This document shows, one piece after another, positions 42,301 through 47,821 of a stretch of DNA of 47,821 bases. The DNA lies in the sequence record DRR723986_6985; one strand, given 5' to 3'. The notes beneath the pieces are model-generated. The model was given only the letters and a program-made list of their open reading frames with translations. It made no database searches and was not told the origin of the DNA. Both the position numbers and the translations under genes were made by a program. Within the stretch, counting starts at the first letter, position 1, and every line of letters starts with the position of its first letter.

Positions 42301-44852
42301 TGGCCGGTATTGCCGTGGTCAATGTTGTTTCCGGCGGATTGCTCGCCAGCAAGACCGTTGAAGTGACTGCCGAGGAAACCGAGGTCGAGATTCCTGTCAG
42401 CGACGATTGGGGGGCAGGGGCCTATATCACGGCCAGCCTCTACCGACCGATGGACCTGGACCAGAAGCGAATGCCGTCACGGGCAGTTGGTCTGTCCTGG
42501 CTGCAGGTCGACCCGGGTGACCGGGCGCTTGACGTGCAGTTGTCTGCGCCTGACCGGATTCTGCCCGAGACGACACTGGACGTTCCGGTGAAACTCGCGA
42601 ACCTGAAAGCAGGAGACCAGGCGTATCTGACGATTGCCGCGGTTGACGTCGGCATTTTGAATCTGACCGGCTTCAAGACACCGGATCCGGAGAAATGGTA
42701 CTTCGGCCAGCGGCGTCTCGGCACCGACTTCCGTGATCTTTACGGCCAGTTGATCGACCGGATGGCTGGAACCCGCGGGCGCGTCCGTTCCGGAGGAGAT
42801 GCCGCAGGCATGCGGCTCGATGCACCTCCGCCGGATGAAGAACCGCTTGCCTTGTTCTCGGGACTTGTAACCGTGGGCGATACTGGCGAAGCAACTGTCT
42901 CCTTCGATATCCCGGCCTTCAACGGCGCCGTCAAACTGATGGCGGTTGCCTGGACAAAGGATGGCGTCGGTCATGACGACCAGGAAGTGGAAGTGCGTTC
43001 ACCAGTCGTGATGACGGCAAGCGCACCCGCCTTCCTTGCACCGGGAGACCAGTCGCGAATTTCCCTGGAAATCGACAACGTCGATGGCCCTTCCGGTTCT
43101 TATGCGCTCGAAGTCTCGGTCGCTGACGGCCTTCGGCTGGAAGGCGGCAGCACGGATCAGTCGCGTACGCTGGATCTGGAAAACGGCAAGAAAGCCCTGG
43201 TGCTGCTTTCGGTTTCGGCAGAAGACATGCTGACGAAGTCGGAAGTCGTGGCGTCGCTGACCGGGCCGCAGGGCGAAGTTTTCGTCAAGCGTTTCAGCCT
43301 CGAGGTTGAAGATACCCAGCCTGAAGTTGTCCGTCAGTCCAGCTTCTCGCTGGCATCCGGAGACAACCTCTCGCTGGATGCGGACACCTTCGACGGCCTG
43401 CGGGCGGATACGGTTGACATCACCCTGTCTGCCGGTGGTGCTGCAAGCATCGATGTCGCCGGCCTGCTGGCGGCACTTGACCGCTATCCTTATGGCTGCA
43501 CCGAGCAGACGACCAGTCGTGCCTTGCCGCTGCTTTACCTCAGTGAAGTTGCCGAGGCTGCGGGGCTTGGCGGCGATAGTGCCATTCGGGAACGGGTGGT
43601 CAAGGCCATTGCCAAGATCCTGTCGAACCAGTCCTCTTCCGGCGATTTCGGTCTCTGGAACAGCTACGGCGGCGGTGATACCTGGTTGGACGCCTATGTC
43701 ACCGACTTCCTGACCCGTGCACGCGAAAAGGGATATCTGGTGCCCGATCTTGCGTTCACTTCGGCACTGGACAATCTGGAAAACAGGTTGGCCTATTCCT
43801 CCGACTTCCAGGATGGCGGCGAAGACATCGCCTATGCGCTCTACGTGCTGGCCCGCAACGGCCGCGCCTCCATGGGCGATCTTCGCTACTACCTGGATGC
43901 CAAGCTGCAGAGCTTCGCAACACCGCTTGCCAAGGCACAGGTTGCTGCCGGGCTTGCCCTTTATGGCGAGCGTGACCGGGCGGCCACCGGTTTCCGGGCG
44001 GCTCTTGCCGCTCTGCCGAAGGAGGCTCCGAAGTACTATCGCGACGACTACGGCTCCGTCCTGCGCGACAGCGCGGGCGTGACGGACTATGTCGTTTCGG
44101 CGTCCATGGAAGACAGTCTGAAGACGGAAGCCATCGACTTCCTGAAAACGGCCCAGGCCAACAAGCCATACCGGTCGACACAGGATATGGCCTGGATGCT
44201 CCTGGCAGCGAATGCGCTCAACGAATCCGCGCAAGACGCCCGGATCTCCGTTCGTGGTGAAGTAACGCCCGGACGGCTCGCCTGGTCGCTGGCTGGCCGC
44301 GAGGTTGCCGACTTCCCGGTGGAGGTGAAGAACAACGGGGACGCTGGAACGGAGCTTCTTGTTTCCGTGGCCGGCCAGCCGCTGGTTCCCGAGCCCGCAG
44401 GTGGCAAGGACTATGCGGTTGAACGCACGGTCTACGACCTTGACGGAAATCCGATCGATCCGGCCGCGGTACCGGTCAACACCCGGCTTGCGGTTGTGGT
44501 CACCGTACGGGCCCTGACGGATCATCCAGGCCGGTTGATGGTCGTTGACCGCCTGCCTGCCGGCCTGGTGATCGACAATCCGCGGCTTGTGCGTTCCGGC
44601 GATATCGGTGGCCTGTCGTTCCTCGATACGGTTGATCAGCCGGAACATTCGGCGTTCTACAGGGACCGTTTCGAAGTGGCCGTGGATCAGACCCGTTGGA
44701 GCAGCAAGGAACTGACCTTTGCCTATCTTGCGCGGGCTGCAACCCCGGGCGACTATTCGCATCCGCCGGCGTCGGTAGAGGATATGTACCGTCCGGACCG
44801 TCGCGCCATCACGGCAACCGGCAGGTTGGTTGTTCTCGGCCCGACGCGGTAA
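39309..44852 (+). CDS. Bacterial alpha-2-macroglobulin with N-terminal PAN/apple domain
   Basis: DFFGGD...C...C...CRAFTFN...WCFLK PAN pattern; DRGIYKAGE; thioester motif YPYGCTEQ; EDMYRP; SD GGAGG before ATG 39309. Confidence 0.93.
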   Translation: MFVFSFVSQKLSLNFKHRFKKVAKSTLLLVASAGFAGVLATAAGAQDRRIVTIDDADFFGGDYRTVKDVDLDGCKSVCLSDNQCRAFTFNTSAGWCFLKTDYGELQSFAGAIAGRVVEVKAPRADQSADRKAELVFIPKSQLESAQTYSLSIANSVRPNGQTADQLRRNGQDALGERNGALAEADFLQLIKLEPGEFDAWTQLTTALLLQDPDNWQDRETKRKNAISASINAYLRSVSAPERALALELVGRAMTRSSEYKTAIKALRASLAVEENSSVRRQYADLVAEHGFRIVDHEVDSDSASPRICLVFSQKLPLGEDMSPYVSVSGEGTFAIEAEGSQICADGLKHGGRYQITARSGLPAADGEKLEKTADLTVYVKDRSPSVSFLSRSYVLPAGGDPTIPIVSVNTSEVETSIYRIGNRSIADILRDNRFLRQLDSWRADQIEDELGQKVWSGIVETGNDLNQDITTAIPISETGIELKPGVYAMTARSKLDQKNRWGTLATQWFLVSDLGLTALSGDNGISANIRSLTSAEALEGVTVRLLAVNNDILGEAVSNAEGFAEFAVGLTRGRGGQAPGILVAETSEGDYSFLDLRKPAFDLSDRGVEGRAAPGPLDVFAWTDRGIYKAGETVHAQALLRNASATAQEDFPLTFIFNRPDGVEHARFTVNDGGLGGHLQDVTLAASAQQGIWSWQVFADPKGRALTEQTFLVEDYQPERVDFELETDAKAFNRSGPTAVSLDARYLYGSPASGQTLEGDVIVRPIRTLEAHPGYQFGIADADAYTQRGSLSSGLKTDDDGKLAFDVFMPELPETTMLYTGELIARLVEAGGRYVERDMDLPVAIDGPRIGVKPAFDGGVDEGGPADFSVIVIDEDGKEVDGTDIGWTLSKVDRRYQWYRYDGNWSYEPITTTRRVATGTVQVTAGQPAQLSLPVEWGEYRLDVEGSGTLQTSTRVTFNAGWYSADASSDTPDYLDVGLDKTSYRPGDTAKLRLKPQMAGIAVVNVVSGGLLASKTVEVTAEETEVEIPVSDDWGAGAYITASLYRPMDLDQKRMPSRAVGLSWLQVDPGDRALDVQLSAPDRILPETTLDVPVKLANLKAGDQAYLTIAAVDVGILNLTGFKTPDPEKWYFGQRRLGTDFRDLYGQLIDRMAGTRGRVRSGGDAAGMRLDAPPPDEEPLALFSGLVTVGDTGEATVSFDIPAFNGAVKLMAVAWTKDGVGHDDQEVEVRSPVVMTASAPAFLAPGDQSRISLEIDNVDGPSGSYALEVSVADGLRLEGGSTDQSRTLDLENGKKALVLLSVSAEDMLTKSEVVASLTGPQGEVFVKRFSLEVEDTQPEVVRQSSFSLASGDNLSLDADTFDGLRADTVDITLSAGGAASIDVAGLLAALDRYPYGCTEQTTSRALPLLYLSEVAEAAGLGGDSAIRERVVKAIAKILSNQSSSGDFGLWNSYGGGDTWLDAYVTDFLTRAREKGYLVPDLAFTSALDNLENRLAYSSDFQDGGEDIAYALYVLARNGRASMGDLRYYLDAKLQSFATPLAKAQVAAGLALYGERDRAATGFRAALAALPKEAPKYYRDDYGSVLRDSAGVTDYVVSASMEDSLKTEAIDFLKTAQANKPYRSTQDMAWMLLAANALNESAQDARISVRGEVTPGRLAWSLAGREVADFPVEVKNNGDAGTELLVSVAGQPLVPEPAGGKDYAVERTVYDLDGNPIDPAAVPVNTRLAVVVTVRALTDHPGRLMVVDRLPAGLVIDNPRLVRSGDIGGLSFLDTVDQPEHSAFYRDRFEVAVDQTRWSSKELTFAYLARAATPGDYSHPPASVEDMYRPDRRAITATGRLVVLGPTR

Positions 44853-44861
44853 GGCCGTACG

Positions 44862-46991
44862 ATGAAAACGTTGGCGCGGCGGAATTGGCTCATGATCCGG
44901 CGGTGGTTCGCTGCCGCCGGTCTTGGTGCCGCCGCGCTGTCTGTCTGCCTGATTACAAAGGTCGGGCACGACTATGCGTCGTTGCCCGCGCCGCCCCGTG
45001 TCGGCGACCTGCCTCTGTCTGTCGTCGTTCTGGACCGGAACGACCGCCTTCTGCGGGCTTTCACCAGCCAGGACGACAAATGGCGCTTGCCGGTGGAACT
45101 GGCGGAAATCGATCCGCTTTATTTCCGGATGCTGCTGGCCTTCGAGGACAAGCGGTTTTACGAACACGGCGGGTTTGACGCGCTGGCGCTTGCTCGCTCT
45201 GCCCTGCAAAGTCTCAGGAACGGCCGCATAGTTTCCGGCGGTTCGACGCTGACCATGCAGGTTGCGCGTTTGCTGGAAGAGCAGCCGACGAAGTCGCTTG
45301 AGCGTAAATACGAGCAGCTTCTCAGGGCCGTTCAGCTGGAAGCGGAGTTTTCGAAAGAAGATATCCTGCGGCTTTATGCTCTCAGGGCGCCGTTTGGTGG
45401 CAACCTGGAAGGGGTTCGGGCGGCAAGCCTTACCTGGTTCGGCAAGGAACCTGGGCGTCTCACACCGGCGGAAGCTGCGCTGCTGGTGGCATTGCCGCAA
45501 AGCCCGGAGGCGCGGCGGCCGGACCGTTTTCCAGAGCAGGCGCGCAAGGCCCGCAACCGTGTCTTGCGCCGCGCAGCAGTGGCTGGTGTCCTCGGTAAAG
45601 AGGATGCGGCGTCGGCTGCGAATGAACCGGTCCGGACGATACGTTATGCAATGCCATTCCTGGCACCGCACGAAAGCCGGCAGGCGCGTGCCGGTGCGCC
45701 TCTCTTGCCTGTCCACCGGTTGACGATCGACCTTGAGCTTCAGCGTGCGATCGAATCCCTGGCGAGACGAAAGAGCGAGACGATGCCATCGCCAGTTTCC
45801 CTGGCCATTCTGGTCGCCGATCACCAGAGCGGAGAAATTCTGGCCAGCGTTGGCGCGCCAAACCTTCTGGACACGCGCCGCCAGGGGCATGTCGACATGA
45901 CCCGCGCCACACGTTCGCCCGGATCAACGCTGAAGCCGTTCATCTATGGCCTTGCCTTTGAAGAAGGTGTCGGTCTGCCGGAAAGTTTCATTGAAGACCG
46001 GGCGACCAACATTGGTGGCTACCAGCCGACGAACTTCGACCAGTCCTACCAGGGCACGGTCACCCTGCGCGAAGCCCTTCAGTTGTCGCTCAATACACCG
46101 GCCGTGAAGTTGCTGGAAGCGGTCGGGCCGGCACGGCTGATTGCCCGACTGAAACGTGCCGGTGCCAATCCCGTCATGGAGAAAGGCATCGCACCGGGGC
46201 TTGCCATCAGCCTTGGCGGTCTCGGCATGACCTTACGGGACCTGACCCAGGCCTACGCCGCAATGGCTCGAGGTGGCGAACCGGTAGCCCTGTCCGTGTG
46301 CCGCAAAGACTGCGAAGAGGGTACGGCGCCGGTGTCTTCAGCCCGTGTCCTTTCGGAAAAGGCCTCCTGGATGGTGGGCGATATTCTTTCCGGATTGCCG
46401 CAGCCGCAAAGTGCAGAAACACACCACGTCGCCTACAAGACGGGCACAGCCTACGGCTATCGTGACGCTTGGGCTGTCGGTTATGACGGTCATCATGTGG
46501 TGGCGATCTGGTCGGGGCGCCCGGATGGCACGCCAGTGCCCGGGGCGACGGGAGCTTCGGTCGCCGTACCTATTCTCTTCGAGGCGTTTCAGATACTGGG
46601 ACCCGACAGGGTTCCGCTTCCGGACGGTCCGGCGGAAGCCATGAGTGTCGCCGGGCAACAGGTTCCCGAACCGCTTCGCTTTGCCCGCTTGCCACAAAAC
46701 CGCGGCACGGTTCGCACGGGTGACACCTTGCAGATATCCTATCCGCCGGACGGAGCCGAGCTGGATCTTGGGTTCGCACGGGACAGTTCGTTGGAACAGT
46801 CGGCGCAGCCTCTGGTCGTCAAGTTCAAGGGCGGTGCAGGGCCGTTCTCCTTCCTTGTCAACGGACGCCCCCTCCACACAGGGCAGCGGGAAAGGCAACT
46901 TGTCTGGCAGCCGGACACGCCTGGTTTTGCGGATGTGACGGTGCTCGATGCCAACGGCAACAGTGCAGGAATAACGGTACTCTTGCGCTAA
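44862..46991 (+). CDS. pbpC: Penicillin-binding protein 1C
   Basis: EDKRFYEH, GGSTLTMQ, SPGSTLKPF (SxxK), SLN, KTGT; directly after alpha-2-macroglobulin. Confidence 0.93.
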   Translation: MKTLARRNWLMIRRWFAAAGLGAAALSVCLITKVGHDYASLPAPPRVGDLPLSVVVLDRNDRLLRAFTSQDDKWRLPVELAEIDPLYFRMLLAFEDKRFYEHGGFDALALARSALQSLRNGRIVSGGSTLTMQVARLLEEQPTKSLERKYEQLLRAVQLEAEFSKEDILRLYALRAPFGGNLEGVRAASLTWFGKEPGRLTPAEAALLVALPQSPEARRPDRFPEQARKARNRVLRRAAVAGVLGKEDAASAANEPVRTIRYAMPFLAPHESRQARAGAPLLPVHRLTIDLELQRAIESLARRKSETMPSPVSLAILVADHQSGEILASVGAPNLLDTRRQGHVDMTRATRSPGSTLKPFIYGLAFEEGVGLPESFIEDRATNIGGYQPTNFDQSYQGTVTLREALQLSLNTPAVKLLEAVGPARLIARLKRAGANPVMEKGIAPGLAISLGGLGMTLRDLTQAYAAMARGGEPVALSVCRKDCEEGTAPVSSARVLSEKASWMVGDILSGLPQPQSAETHHVAYKTGTAYGYRDAWAVGYDGHHVVAIWSGRPDGTPVPGATGASVAVPILFEAFQILGPDRVPLPDGPAEAMSVAGQQVPEPLRFARLPQNRGTVRTGDTLQISYPPDGAELDLGFARDSSLEQSAQPLVVKFKGGAGPFSFLVNGRPLHTGQRERQLVWQPDTPGFADVTVLDANGNSAGITVLLR

Positions 46992-47804
46992 TCGCACAAC
47001 AGCGCTCCAAATCGAACCCTTTCATTGTCGGCATCACATAAAGGCCTGCCGACCGGTCTGCATCAAAGATGCGGATCGACACGCCCCGCCTGCGCATCCG
47101 CTTGTTTTGCGAGAGTTCGCATGGAATGAGCGAATCTTCCGAAAAACATGCGGTTTTCATCGCCGTGGGGCGAATCTTTCAGCATCGAATCCCGCGACAA
47201 AGTATGTGGAAGACAAGAAACACCTACCTTGGCGAGGTTTTAGCGGATTTTCTCCACTCGTCTGAGTGGTGTCGTATTTTCCTTAAGGGAAGGGTGTTGA
47301 AATTCTCCATTGATCTTATTTTCAGGTGTTAATAAAGTATAAATTAAGAAAATACCTTAAATAAGAAAGGCATGTATATTCGAATTTAGAAGTATGATCT
47401 ATTTTTTGATTTAGTATTATCTTTTTAGATGGAAGTTCTTTGTTTTTCTGTGTTGTGTTTCGGAGGGGTGGGGCCGGGGTGTCTCATCGCGAAATAGTGA
47501 TTTTCCCGGGATTTTTCGCGAATTTTTGTTTTATGGTTCCCTTGGGTAATGGAAAACTGGTTGCAAAACAGCATGTTGCAGAAAAAACACACAGCTGCCT
47601 GACAGTGCTGCCAGTCAGCAGTTTGGACTTGCTGTGCCAACTCGAGTTTGGTTCTTAAGCCCTGCGACGGCGAGTAATCGCCAGAAAAAATAGTTCGGAC
47701 TTTTTCGACTGAATTGTTTTTGTACGAAATCGCGGGGATGGAGCCCGCCAGGTCCTTGAGGGTCAGGTTCGGTTCCAATGAAAATTGACTTTTGGAGGTC
47801 AGAT

Positions 47805-47821
47805 ATGAAACTCAAGAGCTT
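47805..47821 (+). CDS. Start of a probable alphaproteobacterial porin (Omp2/RopA-like); truncated by the window end
   Basis: TGGAGGTCAGAT-ATG AAA CTC AAG AGC TT (MKLKS...) resembles the M(N/K)xKSLL starts of these porins; only 5 full codons are visible. Confidence 0.5.

Noticed and set aside
42999-45890. 963-aa minus-strand ORF
   Set aside because: Antisense shadow of alpha-2-macroglobulin and pbpC; no motifs; expected in GC-rich coding DNA.
47329-47360. CtrA sites or replication origin in the AT-rich tract
   Set aside because: TTAA spacings are 11 and 9 nt, not 7, and I saw no DnaA-box cluster.
47425-47815. ORFs 47425..47778 (-), 47440..47658 (+) and 47615..47815 (-)
   Set aside because: No motifs and atypical composition; the region is better explained as promoter and leader of the gene starting at 47805.

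Overview
GC-rich, gene-dense chromosomal segment of an alphaproteobacterium; gene content and the porin start suggest a marine Hyphomicrobiales such as Roseibium/Labrenzia (inference). I saw no mobile elements, CRISPR arrays, rRNA or tRNA. In order: a TAXI-TRAP transporter with an RpiR regulator; an exported alpha/beta hydrolase; egtB-egtD (ergothioneine); TetR-YciI; dapA; an atypical zinc-knuckle metG; an ~11 kb probable sulfoquinovose monooxygenase (sulfo-SMO) cluster; a large SH3 protein with a repeat tail; an Lrp / class-V PLP enzyme / Ntn-hydrolase module; STAS, HD and XRE genes; a Pho-box-flanked phosphonate locus (acetyltransferase plus phnCDEE); a lytic transglycosylase; a TPR-GGDEF cyclase; an orphan ParA; alpha-2-macroglobulin-pbpC; and the first codons of a probable porin. 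The sulfo-SMO cluster holds smoABC-like genes, a GntR, a GH188-like sulfoquinovosidase, a TRAP system and a YeiH-type exporter. The best candidate for an undescribed system lies inside it: a di-heme MauG/bCCP-superfamily protein with His at both family-defining positions, placed back-to-back (0 bp gap) with an oppositely oriented Sel1 gene inside an otherwise co-directional run. All family calls come from motif recognition by eye; no searches were run.
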